62,277 bases of DNA from Candidatus Uhrbacteria bacterium (lineage in GTDB: Bacteria; Patescibacteriota; Patescibacteriia; UBA9934). Location: assembly GCA_943359525.1 (NCBI GenBank), contig CALRHV010000004.1, positions 1-62,277 on the forward strand. The letters are read 5' to 3'. Positions 1 through 10,885 of the stretch are shown here, piece after piece. How positions within the stretch are numbered: the stretch's first letter is position 1; each line of letters begins with the position of its first letter. A program made the translations under genes and the position numbers. Under the pieces are notes generated by a model that was not told the DNA's origin, did no database searches, and saw only the letters and a list, made by a program, of their open reading frames with translations.

Positions 1-291
1 GGTGCTTTTGCCTTCACCCTTTCCGTTCCTCTTATTTTGATTGGCAACGGCATCGGTGCGCTTGTGGTGCGCCAACTCACCGTAAGCAACATCGAAACGA
101 TTAAAAAGTACATCTACCTCAAAAACGGCGCGATGTACTCACTTCTCATCCTCGGCCTCATGATGATGTGCGAGGCGTTCGGGATCCATCTTCCACAGTG
201 GGGAGCGCCGTTAGCAACGATCCTGATTCTGGTGGCTGCCGTGATGAAGAGTAGGGTGCATATGCGGAATGGTGTGCGAATAGCGAAATAG
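1..291 (+). CDS. DUF475/TerC-like membrane protein, C-terminal part (5' truncated by window)
   Basis: Frame 1 is open from base 1: GAFAFTLSVPLILIGNGIGALVVRQLT...YLKNGAMYS; hydrophobic, resembles DUF475 C-terminus. Confidence 0.6.
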   Translation, partial: GAFAFTLSVPLILIGNGIGALVVRQLTVSNIETIKKYIYLKNGAMYSLLILGLMMMCEAFGIHLPQWGAPLATILILVAAVMKSRVHMRNGVRIAK

Positions 292-314
292 GGTAAGAGC
301 AGGTTGGCGAAAGT

Positions 315-1718
315 TTATTTCAACTGATCCAGCGCCACAATCGCGCTAAACACACCAAAGAAGAGGAAGATGATTGCAAGGACGGCTTTGCGCCAGAGGG
401 ACGCCTGGAAGGGTTTAGGGAGCGTGCGGTGGTTAAGATGGGAGACGAAGCCGATGTGGGCGAACATAGCGAAAGCGTTGATGCAGGCGCCAAGGATGAT
501 GAGAGATTTTGGTTCGGAAATGCCGATAGCAAAGAGGGATATTCCAAACGCGATCTGTGCCCAAAGGAAAATGAAGTAGATCTTTGAGAGATGAACGGAT
601 TTCTTTCCATTCCATTTCATCTGCATGATGGCGGCGTTTTCTGCCATGATGCGCGACGTGGAGTCGAGAACGCCAAGCTGCGTTTGGAAGAGCATGATCG
701 ACACAATAAGGAGGAAGAACCAGCCAACAAATGGGCCAAGGATTCTGCCGATCACTTGGCCTTCGGTGATGACGAAGTTGATTCCTTGAATGTTGCCGTC
801 CATGCCGAATGTTGTCGTGAACGAAAGGAGCGCGAGAAGGGCAATCGATAGCGCGCCAATGAACCAGAAGACAATTCCGTGTTCAATGGAAATGCGTCGC
901 CACCACACGGCGAAGTTTTTCTTTGCTGTGGTATTCATGACGAACGTCTCGCCTTCGAGTTTAATGTCTTGCTGTACGCCATTCGATTTGAAGAGCCCGG
1001 CAATCTTTTGGGAAAATTTTCCCATGCCGTAGCCTTTTTCTCTGACGTAAATGGATTGTGTAAGATTCAAGTTTCCACCAGCGCCAGCATAGGCAAATGC
1101 GGCAAGGAAGGTGGCGAGCGCGATGCCTTCCGGAAGGAGTGTGTATCCGTCGCCACGGCCAATGAATCCTTGAAAGAGCGCGGTCCAATCCGCTTGCGTG
1201 CTGAGAAGTACGGCAAGCACAAAGATGATCGGCACGCAGCACAGAATGACGGTTCTCGTGAGTTTCTCCATCAGCCCGTACACGGTTTTTCCAGAGCTGA
1301 GAATAAGGCCGATCACAATGAGGAAGACAGCGGCGACCCAGCGGAAATCGGGAATGCCGGTGATGGACGCGAAGACTTTTGCAGACGCGGCGATAATTCC
1401 CGGCAGACCGAACCCGGCAAACGTGGAGACGATAAACCAGATTGGTGCGCTTTTCCACAGTTTTGCGATGCCCACAAAAACGCTTTCGCCTTTGACAAGC
1501 GCGTATCGTTCAATCTCCATGTTGATGAAATATTGGAACGTAATGCCAAGAATTGCGCCCCAAATAATTCCTAGTCCGTAGTTGGACGCAAGATACGGCC
1601 AGAGAATAATTTCCCCGGAGCCAAGCCCGAGTGCGAGAATAACAAAGCTTGGACCGATAAGTTTCCGCAGAGGAATTGGTGCAGGGAACTGGTGAACGGC
1701 TCCGCTCTTTTTTGTCAT
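315..1718 (-). CDS. Nramp-like/APC-superfamily membrane transporter
   Basis: GPSFVILALGLGSGEIILWP motif, about 11 hydrophobic segments. Start taken at MTKKSG (1718), preceded on the minus strand by TGCTATACT. Confidence 0.7.
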   Translation of the reverse strand: MTKKSGAVHQFPAPIPLRKLIGPSFVILALGLGSGEIILWPYLASNYGLGIIWGAILGITFQYFINMEIERYALVKGESVFVGIAKLWKSAPIWFIVSTFAGFGLPGIIAASAKVFASITGIPDFRWVAAVFLIVIGLILSSGKTVYGLMEKLTRTVILCCVPIIFVLAVLLSTQADWTALFQGFIGRGDGYTLLPEGIALATFLAAFAYAGAGGNLNLTQSIYVREKGYGMGKFSQKIAGLFKSNGVQQDIKLEGETFVMNTTAKKNFAVWWRRISIEHGIVFWFIGALSIALLALLSFTTTFGMDGNIQGINFVITEGQVIGRILGPFVGWFFLLIVSIMLFQTQLGVLDSTSRIMAENAAIMQMKWNGKKSVHLSKIYFIFLWAQIAFGISLFAIGISEPKSLIILGACINAFAMFAHIGFVSHLNHRTLPKPFQASLWRKAVLAIIFLFFGVFSAIVALDQLK

Positions 1719-1760
1719 AGAATTTCCTGTAGTATAGCAGTTGAAAGATTGTCGCCATTT

Positions 1761-2318
1761 ATGGATTCTGTTGAAAAACCAATCGCATACACCCTTCGAC
1801 GAAAGCGCTTCTCTCGAGTGTTGCGTTTTGCGATTCATCAGGACGGAAGGCTGGTGGTGACGGCACCAGTGTTGATCGGAAAGCGGATGATCGAGAAGAT
1901 GATTCACGAAAAACGGGAATGGATTTTAGAAAAGCTGACGGTTGCGCGGAAGAATGCAAAGCCGGTGGCGCCGAAAAGAACACGAAAGGAAATTGCCGAT
2001 GATAAGGATCGGGCGCTGGAGTTGATCCAATCTCGCATCGAACATTTCAATCTTGTCTATCGATTATCCTGGAAGCGAATTGCCATTCGGAACCAGAAGA
2101 CGCGATGGGGGAGCTGTTCGGGGAAGGGGAATTTAAACTTTAATTACAAGGTCGCGTTGCTGCCTCCGCATCTTGCAGACTACATTATTGTGCACGAACT
2201 CTGTCACCTGGCGCAGATGAATCATTCGAAGAAATTTTGGGATCTCGTCGCGCAAACCATTCCGGATTGGCGAGATCGGCGCAAAGAGATTCGTGAACAC
2301 GAGATTCGATTGCGATAA
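1761..2318 (+). CDS. M48/YgjP (SprT-like) zinc metallopeptidase
   Basis: KTRWGSCS and IIVHELCHLAQMNHSKKFW (HExxH) motifs. Confidence 0.85.
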   Translation: MDSVEKPIAYTLRRKRFSRVLRFAIHQDGRLVVTAPVLIGKRMIEKMIHEKREWILEKLTVARKNAKPVAPKRTRKEIADDKDRALELIQSRIEHFNLVYRLSWKRIAIRNQKTRWGSCSGKGNLNFNYKVALLPPHLADYIIVHELCHLAQMNHSKKFWDLVAQTIPDWRDRRKEIREHEIRLR

Positions 2319-2319
2319 T

Positions 2320-2568
2320 ATGCCAACGTGGTCCGTGTACATGGTTCGTTGCGGCGACGGGAGTCTCTATACGGGGATTGCGATTGATGTTGAAAAGAGA
2401 ATTGCGCTGCACAACGACGGAAAAGGAGCGAAGTACACACGGGCAAGGTTGCCGGTACTGTTGGTGTGGTCGGTAATGATGAAGACGGCGACAGACGCAC
2501 GAAAGGCAGAAGTTGATTTGAAACGACTGACAAAAAGCGAAAAAGAGGAGCTGATCGTCAATGCGTAA
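2320..2568 (+). CDS. GIY-YIG nuclease family protein (UPF0213)
   Basis: WSVYMVRCGDGSLYTGIAIDVEKRIALHNDGKGAKYTRAR. Confidence 0.9.
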   Translation: MPTWSVYMVRCGDGSLYTGIAIDVEKRIALHNDGKGAKYTRARLPVLLVWSVMMKTATDARKAEVDLKRLTKSEKEELIVNA

Positions 2569-2607
2569 ATGGTGTGCTACGATCGTTTTACACAATACGG
2601 GAGGCAC

Positions 2608-3159
2608 ATGGATTCTCGAGTTCAACCTGTGACGGTGAGAGACGTGGAGCGCCGGTTCCTGGCCGACAAGAAGTGGTGGTCGACGCGGCTGATCCTCGCT
2701 GGTGTTGGTGGCGCAGGTGGGTTCATTTTGGCGGTATTGTTGGAGGACATTTTGTCTTCAGCCGTCGTCGCCGTGTTCGTGAGCGCACTGACGCTGATTC
2801 TCATCTTTCGGGAAGACCATCTCTTCTTCGGTCACACGTACAAAATTGGCGCCAAGTCCACCCTGGAAATGAGGAACCGGATCTGGGTGGAGCAGCCCGG
2901 GGAATTCTCCGCTCACGAAGGTTCAGTGATCGTCATCGTTCGTGTGGCAGGAATCTTCCGTCCTCGGCGTTCGATCACCGTATCCGATGGTGGCGAGACG
3001 GATAACCCGTTCGGTCGAACCATGAAGATCATCGACGATGGAACGTTTCTTATAGATCGCCTGATCGCTGGGACGGCGAACGGAAAGCACATCGAAGACG
3101 TGATTTTCCTGCTGCTCGAAGATCAACGAGCTGCGCGGCATACAGGCACGTCGTCGTAA
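2608..3159 (+). CDS. Hypothetical membrane protein (2 TM near N-terminus)
   Basis: Open frame with GGGAGG just upstream of ATG 2608; two hydrophobic segments; no recognised motif. Confidence 0.5.
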   Translation: MDSRVQPVTVRDVERRFLADKKWWSTRLILAGVGGAGGFILAVLLEDILSSAVVAVFVSALTLILIFREDHLFFGHTYKIGAKSTLEMRNRIWVEQPGEFSAHEGSVIVIVRVAGIFRPRRSITVSDGGETDNPFGRTMKIIDDGTFLIDRLIAGTANGKHIEDVIFLLLEDQRAARHTGTSS

Positions 3160-3265
3160 GTGGGGACTGCAGACGAGGGCGCCGGGGAACGAAATTCCCG
3201 GCGCCTTTGCGATATGTGGAAGGAATTTCGTGGGGAAACGGAATCTCCGCTACACTTCCTTCGCT

Positions 3266-5398
3266 ATGAAGGATTTCTTTCTCTCGGACCAACAGCCTTC
3301 ACCAAGTCTCCACATAGACTATCAGACGGAATTAAACGACGAGCAATATCGGGTGGTTTCTGGTGGTGGCGGGCCAATGTTGGTGCTTGCTGGGGCAGGA
3401 AGTGGCAAAACGAGAACTATTACGTATCGCGTGGCCTGGTTGCTCGAACACGGTACGCCAGTGGAAAACATGTTGTTGCTCACATTTACCAACAAAGCCG
3501 CAAAAGAAATGATGACGCGCGTTGAGGGATTGCTGCGGGCGTATCCAACGGGACTGTGGAGCGGAACCTTTCATTCCATCGCGAACCGCATGTTGCGGAT
3601 GTACGGCGCGTACACTGGATTTGGAAGCGACTTCTCTATTTTGGATGAGGAGGACGCGAATGATTTGATGAAGATGTGTATTAAAGAATTGAAGATCGAT
3701 ACGAAAGGCAGGCGATTTCCGAGCGTTGGCGTGTTGCGAGGTTTGCTTTCGTATTCAAACAACGCGCGACGAACATTGCAATCGGTGCTCAACGATCGTG
3801 CAGAGCATTTTGCAGGAATCATTCACGAGGTGACGGCGGTTGCGGAACGATACGCGTCGGCGAAGCGGACGGCGAAGGCGATGGATTTCGACGATTTGCT
3901 CCTCGAGCTTTTAAAACTTCTTCGCGAAAATGACACTGTTCGCTCACAACTCGCACATCGATTTCAATTCGTACTCGTCGACGAGTTTCAAGATACGAAC
4001 ATCATTCAGTCCGACATCGTTGATCTTCTTTCTTCAGGTCATCGCAATCTCCTTGTGGTTGGTGACGATGCGCAGAGTATTTACTCATTCCGCGCTGCAG
4101 AGATTCGGAATATTCTCGATTTTCAAAAGCGATATCCTGAAGCGCAATCGTATCGATTGGTGATGAACTATCGCTCCACGCCGGAGATTCTTGCCGTTGC
4201 CAACGCGGTGATTTCCAACAACAGCGAACAGTTCGCAAAAGAACTTGTTTCTGCACAAAAGCCTGGTGAAAAGCCGAATATTGTTCCAGCGAACGATGCA
4301 CGAGAAGAAGCACAGTATGTTGTTGAACAGATTTTGAAGTTGATCGACGAAGGCATTAAACTTCAAGGGATTGCGGTATTATTTCGTGCGGCGTATCACT
4401 CGCAAGCTCTCGAATTTGAGCTGATGAAACGAGGAATTGTGTACGAATATCGCGGTGGCATGAAGTTTTTTGAACGTGCGCATATCAAGGACGCCGTCGC
4501 GCATCTTCGACTTCTTCGAAACGGTCACGATCTTGTGGCATGGTCGCGGGCGTTGCAAATTCAACCGGGTCTTGGCATGACAACAAGTCAGAAGATTGCC
4601 GAAACCATGAGTCAGTACGACTCTGCTCGTGATGCGATCGATGCGCCGATGAAGCTGTCTCCTCGCGCGCAGTCGGGCTTTGCGGGAACGCGATCGATTC
4701 TCCGTTTGATGCTTGCGGCACCACTTCCGTCGGAGGCTGTTCGTGCATTCGCAAACCATGAATCGTATCGATTGTATCTCGAGGCCGAATATCCGAATGC
4801 TCGAGAGCGTGTTGAGGATTTGGATCAGCTTGCGGTTTTCGCCGAGCAGTACCGCGATCTCGGCGCGTTCTTGGATGCGATGACGCTTGCTGGGGATTTT
4901 GCGGGGCGGATTGATGACGCTGAATCCGGGCAACGCGAAGAAGGTGATCGGAATACACTTGTGTTGTCCACCATCCATCAAGCGAAAGGATTAGAGTGGG
5001 ACGCGGTGTTCGTGTTGCATTGTGCGCAAGGAATGTTTCCGAGCGACAGAAGCATGGGGCAGTCCCGAGAAATTGAGGAAGAACGTCGATTATTTTACGT
5101 TGCGGCAACGCGAGCACGATCGAGGTTATACTTTACGTACCCAATGACCACCGGATATGAATCGGTCGAGCTCCGTCAGCAGTCCATGTTCCTTGATGAA
5201 ATTCCGTTTGGCATGGCGGAGACGGTACGATTACGTCGTGCGATGCCAGCATGGAGCATGCCGTCGTCGTATTCCACGCCATCCGCGTCTCGTCATCGGG
5301 GACATGATGGCTTCGAAGAGCCCACAATCGTTCTCGACGACATGGGGGAGAAAATGGTAAAAAAGAGTGCACCAGGTTCGTTTCTTGGGGATCACTAA
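3266..5398 (+). CDS. uvrD: ATP-dependent DNA helicase UvrD/PcrA (SF1)
   Basis: LVLAGAGSGKT, LVDEFQDTN, VVGDDAQSIYSFR, NYRST, STIHQAKGLEW, EERRLFYVAATRA. Confidence 0.95.
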   Translation: MKDFFLSDQQPSPSLHIDYQTELNDEQYRVVSGGGGPMLVLAGAGSGKTRTITYRVAWLLEHGTPVENMLLLTFTNKAAKEMMTRVEGLLRAYPTGLWSGTFHSIANRMLRMYGAYTGFGSDFSILDEEDANDLMKMCIKELKIDTKGRRFPSVGVLRGLLSYSNNARRTLQSVLNDRAEHFAGIIHEVTAVAERYASAKRTAKAMDFDDLLLELLKLLRENDTVRSQLAHRFQFVLVDEFQDTNIIQSDIVDLLSSGHRNLLVVGDDAQSIYSFRAAEIRNILDFQKRYPEAQSYRLVMNYRSTPEILAVANAVISNNSEQFAKELVSAQKPGEKPNIVPANDAREEAQYVVEQILKLIDEGIKLQGIAVLFRAAYHSQALEFELMKRGIVYEYRGGMKFFERAHIKDAVAHLRLLRNGHDLVAWSRALQIQPGLGMTTSQKIAETMSQYDSARDAIDAPMKLSPRAQSGFAGTRSILRLMLAAPLPSEAVRAFANHESYRLYLEAEYPNARERVEDLDQLAVFAEQYRDLGAFLDAMTLAGDFAGRIDDAESGQREEGDRNTLVLSTIHQAKGLEWDAVFVLHCAQGMFPSDRSMGQSREIEEERRLFYVAATRARSRLYFTYPMTTGYESVELRQQSMFLDEIPFGMAETVRLRRAMPAWSMPSSYSTPSASRHRGHDGFEEPTIVLDDMGEKMVKKSAPGSFLGDH

Positions 5399-5441
5399 TC
5401 TCTTCGGTCATCCCGTACCTTCAGTCATTCCCTTATTTTTT

Positions 5442-5645
5442 CAGTCATCCCCGCGCAGGCGGGGATCCAGCGACTTCACTTCACTCACTCATCAACGGGT
5501 CCTGTCGCCTCGGACCCCGTTACGGTGCTCATTTCGCACGTGACGTTTGTGGTAATCGTCATTGGTATCTGTGCTCGTTGCGCTCCGTACGGGGACCTCC
5601 CTCGGCGCCACCCGTTGATTCGTTCGCTTCGCTCATCTCCCTCTT
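5442..5645. repeat. Structured intergenic element starting with REP family A (CAGTCATCCCCGCGCAGGCGGGGATCCAG)
   Basis: REP at 5442-5470; internal IR ATCAACGGGT/ACCCGTTGAT; motif GTGCTCGTT at 5571; 3' end CCTCGGCGCCACCCGTTGATTCGTTCG closely matches 12240-12270. Confidence 0.75.
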
Positions 5646-5648
5646 CCT

Positions 5649-6797
5649 ATGCCAAATCACGACTACGCACAGCGTTCGATGGATGCGCATAAGCTTCATG
5701 CAGGAAAGTGGGCTATCACGAGCGTGATGCCGCTCGAAACGGCGGACGATTTGAGCATTGCGTACACTCCTGGCGTTGCTGCGCCGTGTTTGGCGATTGC
5801 CGCAGATCCGTTGGCTGCATACGATTTAACAATGAAGGGGCGTGCCGTTGCTGTTGTTTCTGACGGATCGTCCGTGCTCGGTCTTGGCAATATTGGCCCG
5901 ATGGCTGGGTTGCCGGTGATGGAAGGAAAAGCGGTGTTATATAAAAAATACGCGAACATTGACGCGGTGCCAATTGTGCTTGCAAGTCAGAACGCAGATG
6001 AAATTGTGGAAGCGGTGCGCATGATTGCGCCAACATTTGGCGGAATTCATTTGGAAGATATTGCTGCGCCTGCATGTTTTGAAATTGAACGACGGTTAAG
6101 TGAGATGCTCGACATTCCCGTAATGCACGACGATCAGCACGCAACCGCAATCGTCGCCCTCGCAGGGCTCATGAATGCGTCGAAGGTTATGGATCGATCG
6201 TTGGATTCGATGACTGTTGTGGTAAACGGTGCTGGTGCGGCGGGAATCGCAATTACCCGATTGCTCATTGACGCTGGTGTTGCGAATGTCATCCTTGTCG
6301 ACTCAAAAGGTGTCATTGGTCATCATCGATCAGATCTTGCTGGCGAAAAGTCTGTTCTCGTTTCGCTCACGAACAAGAATAGCGTTCAAGGTGGGCTGGC
6401 AGAGGCGATGCACGGAACGGATGTATTCATCGGTGTGAGCAAGCCGAATCTTGTGTCGCAAGACATGGTGAAATCGATGGCGCCGAATCCGATTATTTTT
6501 GCACTAGCAAATCCAGTACCAGAAATTGCATACGACGACGCGAAAGCGGCTGGCGCTGCGGTGATCGCCACCGGACGAAGCGACTATCCAAATCAAATCA
6601 ACAATGTCCTTGTGTATCCGGGCTTGTTCCGTGGGTTGTTGAATCGTCGAGCAAGTAAATTGACGAATACGATGAAGATCGCGGCAGCAATCGCTCTCGC
6701 GGGCATGGTTGCTGAGCCAACGGCAGAGAATATTATTCCGAGAATCATCGAAATGAATCCTGCTGAAGTGATCGCGAAAGCTATTGAAAGCGTATGA
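5649..6797 (+). CDS. NAD(P)-dependent malic enzyme (short, single-domain type)
   Basis: [72 protein letters not shown]. Confidence 0.93.
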   Translation: MPNHDYAQRSMDAHKLHAGKWAITSVMPLETADDLSIAYTPGVAAPCLAIAADPLAAYDLTMKGRAVAVVSDGSSVLGLGNIGPMAGLPVMEGKAVLYKKYANIDAVPIVLASQNADEIVEAVRMIAPTFGGIHLEDIAAPACFEIERRLSEMLDIPVMHDDQHATAIVALAGLMNASKVMDRSLDSMTVVVNGAGAAGIAITRLLIDAGVANVILVDSKGVIGHHRSDLAGEKSVLVSLTNKNSVQGGLAEAMHGTDVFIGVSKPNLVSQDMVKSMAPNPIIFALANPVPEIAYDDAKAAGAAVIATGRSDYPNQINNVLVYPGLFRGLLNRRASKLTNTMKIAAAIALAGMVAEPTAENIIPRIIEMNPAEVIAKAIESV

Positions 6798-7333
6798 GGC
6801 AACAAAGCTTCAGACACCGCGGAGGGACACGTTCCGGCCTTGGCGGAGGAATTTTATTTATTATCGCTGTGCTCGCTGGGGCGTTCTTGGTGTATCAACT
6901 TATTCTTTGGTTCCGTTCGAGCAATGCAAAAACCATTGCGGATGACGTGATTGCGGTATCGACCGTTGATGTCGCCGAAGCACAAGCCACGTCAACCGCT
7001 CAGCTGAATAGCACAGCCGTGTTTACAATGCTCGACGGTTCGTCTGTTGGAACGGTTGTTCGTTCAGGCACGCCCGAAGTACCGTCGTACAGCCTAGTAG
7101 CGAATCTTCCCGCCATCGCGCCGGACGTTTCGTACGAAGTGTGGTTGGTGAAAGATGGACTTGCTGATGTGAAGAGTGTTGGCATATTGAGCCCTCGTGC
7201 CGATGGAAGCTGGACAGCGATGTTTACCATGAAAGATCCACTGGAATATCCAACCGTCGTGATCATGCTCGAACCAAACGACGGCAACGCCGAGCCTTCA
7301 GGGAACCGTGTCGCAGAGGGACGATTTGAATAA
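6794..7333 (+). CDS. Membrane-anchored protein with RskA/anti-sigma-like C-terminal domain
   Basis: One TM helix, then YEVWLV...SVGIL...IMLEPNDGNAEPSG pattern typical of the RskA C-terminal domain. Confidence 0.55.
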   Translation: MRQQSFRHRGGTRSGLGGGILFIIAVLAGAFLVYQLILWFRSSNAKTIADDVIAVSTVDVAEAQATSTAQLNSTAVFTMLDGSSVGTVVRSGTPEVPSYSLVANLPAIAPDVSYEVWLVKDGLADVKSVGILSPRADGSWTAMFTMKDPLEYPTVVIMLEPNDGNAEPSGNRVAEGRFE

Positions 7334-7334
7334 T

Positions 7335-8546
7335 ATGACCATCGGCGTCCTTGGTGCGGGATACGTTGGACTTGCGACAGCGGCGAGTTTCGCTGCTCGG
7401 GGATTCGCTGTTGTTTGCGCCGACATTGACGAGAAGAAAATTGCGAAATTGCAGATTGGTGAGCTTCCATTTTTCGAGGAGGGAATGGTTGAGGTGTTTG
7501 CAGCGTCATCGATTCCGGTGGTATTTACTACCGATCTTGCGAAAGCATGTACGTGTGACATCGTGTTCTGTTGTGTTGGTACGCCGAGCGCGGCCGATGG
7601 TTCCGCGGATCTCTTTTTTGTGCGGTCGGCGGCGAAGGCGTGTGCTGACGTTGCGCTAAATGCGATTTTTGTTTTGAAATCGACAGTTCCGCCAGGAACT
7701 TCGCTGTCGATTTCAAAATTCGTCGAAGGAAAGCTGCGCGTTGCAGCGAATCCAGAATTCTTGCGTGAAGGACATGTGATTCAGGATGCGTTGAATCCGT
7801 CGAGGATCGTGATTGGTGCAGACGACGAATCGGTCCTATCGGTCTTATTAGACCTATATTCCGAAACCGAAGCACCGATTGTTTCCACGAACACGGTTAC
7901 CGCCGAAATGATTAAGTACGCGTCGAATAGTTTTCTTGCGACCAAGATTAGTTTCATTAATGACATTGCGAATCTTTGCGACGTGATTGGCGCCGACGTG
8001 CGGTCGGTTGCGACGGGGATGGGACTTGATGATCGTATCGGTGCCAAATTTCTTCAGCCTGGCCCGGGATACGGCGGAAGCTGTTTTCCAAAGGATGTTC
8101 GCGCACTGATCCATCTTGGACGATCCGTGAATGTGCCACTGCGAATCCTCGAGGCAACAACAGCGATTAATGCGGATCGTCAACTATTGCCGTATCGCCA
8201 GCTCGTCGAATCTCTAAGAAACCTAAAAGGAAAACGTATCGCAGTGTGGGGCTTGGCGTTTAAACCTGGAACGGGAGACATCCGCGACGCACCGGCGCTC
8301 GAATTGTTGCGCCGATGTATTGCCGACCACGCCGATCTCGTTGCTTTCGACCCGCGTGTTCGATCGTTGCCTGCAGAATGTGGTGAGGTGAAGATCGCGG
8401 CCGCCGCTATTGATGCACTGCATAACGCCGACGCACTCGTGATTATGACAGACTGGTCCGAGTTCGCTGAGTTCGATCGTGCAGAGATTCTCAAGAGCAT
8501 GCGCGGGAACTGCATTATTGATCCGCGATACGTGTTGCGAGGATGA
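7335..8546 (+). CDS. ugd: UDP-glucose/GDP-mannose 6-dehydrogenase
   Basis: GAGYVG, CVGTPS, KSTVPPGT, NPEFLREG, EMIKYASNSFLATKISFIN, GYGGSCFPKD, GLAFKP. Confidence 0.93.
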   Translation: MTIGVLGAGYVGLATAASFAARGFAVVCADIDEKKIAKLQIGELPFFEEGMVEVFAASSIPVVFTTDLAKACTCDIVFCCVGTPSAADGSADLFFVRSAAKACADVALNAIFVLKSTVPPGTSLSISKFVEGKLRVAANPEFLREGHVIQDALNPSRIVIGADDESVLSVLLDLYSETEAPIVSTNTVTAEMIKYASNSFLATKISFINDIANLCDVIGADVRSVATGMGLDDRIGAKFLQPGPGYGGSCFPKDVRALIHLGRSVNVPLRILEATTAINADRQLLPYRQLVESLRNLKGKRIAVWGLAFKPGTGDIRDAPALELLRRCIADHADLVAFDPRVRSLPAECGEVKIAAAAIDALHNADALVIMTDWSEFAEFDRAEILKSMRGNCIIDPRYVLRG

Positions 8547-8562
8547 TATACTGTTCGTGTCT

Positions 8563-9303
8563 ATGCCGATGTTTCGTAAGACTCCTCCGAATGTACCTTT
8601 GGAGAAGTGTCGATTTCCGTTAAATGACCAGGAGCGTGCGCTTTGTGAACAACAGGGTCTGTTTCCGCATTCCTCGGAAATTACGTGGCGTGTGTTTCGG
8701 ATTATGGCAGAAATTGTGGAAGGTTTTCACTTGCTCACGAAAACGAAGCACGAGATATCCGTCTTTGGATCGGCGCGCTGTGCACCAACCAGCCATTGGT
8801 ATAAGGAATCGTACGCGTTAGGAAAATTGCTCGGCAAAAATGGATTTACCGTGGTTACCGGTGGTGGTCCAGGCATTATGGAGGCAGCGAATAAGGGTGC
8901 TTTCGAGGAAGGCGCGCAGTCGGTTGGTTTGAATATTGAGTTGCCACACGAACAGCGGTTAAACCCGTACGTCACCCTTTCGCATGGGTTTCACTACTTT
9001 TTTACTCGGAAGGTTATGTTGGCTGCCGCGGCGCAGGCCTACGTCTTTTTTCCGGGTGGCTTTGGCACGATGGACGAGCTTTTTGAGCTGTTAACATTGG
9101 TGCAAACAGGGAAGTCGAGCAAAATGCCTATTGTGCTCGTCGGGAAGGATCATTGGGCGCCGCTGATTGCCTGGCTGGAAAACAGCGTGTACGGTACGCA
9201 GGACGCGATTGATCCCGGCGACTTGCGAATCTTTACCGTGGTAGACTCCGCAAAGGAGGCATTCGATATTGTGTCGAAGTCACCAGAGCGCCACCTATTC
9301 TAG
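8563..9303 (+). CDS. LOG family protein (TIGR00730-type Rossmann fold)
   Basis: VFGSAR, TGGGPGIMEAANKGA, YFFTRK, PGGFGTMDELFE. Confidence 0.9.
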   Translation: MPMFRKTPPNVPLEKCRFPLNDQERALCEQQGLFPHSSEITWRVFRIMAEIVEGFHLLTKTKHEISVFGSARCAPTSHWYKESYALGKLLGKNGFTVVTGGGPGIMEAANKGAFEEGAQSVGLNIELPHEQRLNPYVTLSHGFHYFFTRKVMLAAAAQAYVFFPGGFGTMDELFELLTLVQTGKSSKMPIVLVGKDHWAPLIAWLENSVYGTQDAIDPGDLRIFTVVDSAKEAFDIVSKSPERHLF

Positions 9304-9309
9304 ACGATT

Positions 9310-10884
9310 ATGTACGAACGATTAGCGAAACTCGCAGCTGGTATGAAACATCGTGAAAGCGTTGTTTCGGCAACGGACGGTGAAGAAACTATTGAGGTGA
9401 GTGTTCCGGCATCTACCGCCGCATCCATTTACGAAAAAGTTCGGAATACACTCGACTACCAAGAAGAACATCTGCTTCGTCGCAACGCTATTGAGCGTAT
9501 TCTTCGCCGTTACCGTGGCGGGGGAGAATCGCCGGAGCGCATGGCGAGTGAATTACTGAAGGAGTTGGTGTGGGCGAAGTATTTGCCAAACAAAACAATC
9601 CCTCTGTCATTAGGAAATACGATTGCAATTATTTTGGGAAAGTACGAGCCGTTGTTTGCAGCGGTTATGTCCGTGAAGACGAATCGCGAAAGGCTTAATA
9701 CTTGGCTTCTTGATGTTGTTGCAACAGAAGTGGAGTACACACTTGCGCCGCCAATGATCGACGAAGCAATGGCAAGTTTCATGTATGAGGAGATGCGTTC
9801 GCGCGTTGATTGGGATCCAAAGTTTGGGCTGAGCGACGAAACAAAAGACTTGCGCTTGTACACAGCGATTCATCGCACGCTCTTAAAGAGTAACGTCGCA
9901 ACGCTGCGGTTCCGTTTGCTGACGCTCTATTACCCAACATGGGCAGGCGTTCAGGCAACGTCGGCATTGAGCGACGAGCTTGCGGCAAACATTGTTCGCG
10001 TGATTGAAACCATCGAAACGGAGATTTTCCATCCACTTACTGATCGGTTGTCTCGCGTGCTTCGCCGTAAGGCAGGCATTTTTCGCGTGTTGCGCGATGC
10101 ATTCGTTCACGCAAAGGATTCGTCGGCGTTGTTGAACGATGCTGGTGCACTCGATGCGGCCGTGAAGGAATCGTTGCATCATCGTACGGACGACTTCCGT
10201 ATTCGATTGCGACGAACTGTTGTGCGCACGGTACTTTTTCTCTTCATTACCAAGATGTTGCTCGCGTTGGTTCTTGAGGTTCCGTACGATTTGTTCATCG
10301 TGCAGGACGCGTCGTGGTATCCGTTGCTGGTGAATATTACGTTCCATCCGTTGTTCCTTGCGTTGATTGGTTTGACGGTAACTATCCCGGAGAAGAAAAA
10401 CATCGAAGATTATCAGGCTGCCGTTCGCGCAATCGCCGTTGGCGCACAACACCAGCTTCTTACGGTTCGCGTGAAACGTGAAACGCGTGGAGCCTGGTTT
10501 AATGTGTTCTTGGTATTGTACGCGGTACTCTTTGTTGTGGTATTCGGCGTCATTGCTTCCATTCTTCGCGGTTTTGGTTTTCATGCGCTCTCGATTGGAT
10601 TATTCGTATTCTTCCTGTCGCTTGTGACGTTCTTTGGTATTCGTATCCGATCGTCCACGAAGGATGTTGTGGCATCTGATGCACGAAACGGATTCATTGG
10701 AACCGCATTTGATATTCTTCTTCTGCCGATTGTTCGTGCCGGCGCATGGCTCTCTATTCGTGTGGCAAAGATTAACGTGTTCATTTATTTCTTCGATTTT
10801 ATCGTAGAAGCTCCGCTCAAGGTTGCGATTGAATTTGTGGAAAGTTGGCTCACGTTTGTACGAGAAAAAAAGGAAGAAATATAA
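9310..10884 (+). CDS. Hypothetical membrane protein (helical N-domain, about 4 C-terminal TM)
   Basis: 524-aa ORF, coupled to neighbours; no known motif recognised. Confidence 0.6.
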   Translation: MYERLAKLAAGMKHRESVVSATDGEETIEVSVPASTAASIYEKVRNTLDYQEEHLLRRNAIERILRRYRGGGESPERMASELLKELVWAKYLPNKTIPLSLGNTIAIILGKYEPLFAAVMSVKTNRERLNTWLLDVVATEVEYTLAPPMIDEAMASFMYEEMRSRVDWDPKFGLSDETKDLRLYTAIHRTLLKSNVATLRFRLLTLYYPTWAGVQATSALSDELAANIVRVIETIETEIFHPLTDRLSRVLRRKAGIFRVLRDAFVHAKDSSALLNDAGALDAAVKESLHHRTDDFRIRLRRTVVRTVLFLFITKMLLALVLEVPYDLFIVQDASWYPLLVNITFHPLFLALIGLTVTIPEKKNIEDYQAAVRAIAVGAQHQLLTVRVKRETRGAWFNVFLVLYAVLFVVVFGVIASILRGFGFHALSIGLFVFFLSLVTFFGIRIRSSTKDVVASDARNGFIGTAFDILLLPIVRAGAWLSIRVAKINVFIYFFDFIVEAPLKVAIEFVESWLTFVREKKEEI

Positions 10885-10885
10885 T

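Noticed and set aside
2320-2568. GIY-YIG gene as a homing endonuclease or intron-encoded protein
   Set aside because: It is the short stand-alone UPF0213 type, not inside another gene, and has no flanking intron structure or REPs.
5412-5470. Three spaced GTCAT(C/T)CC motifs resembling a mini CRISPR array
   Set aside because: Units are too short and irregular, there are no unique spacers of constant length, and no cas genes. Better explained as decayed REP starts.
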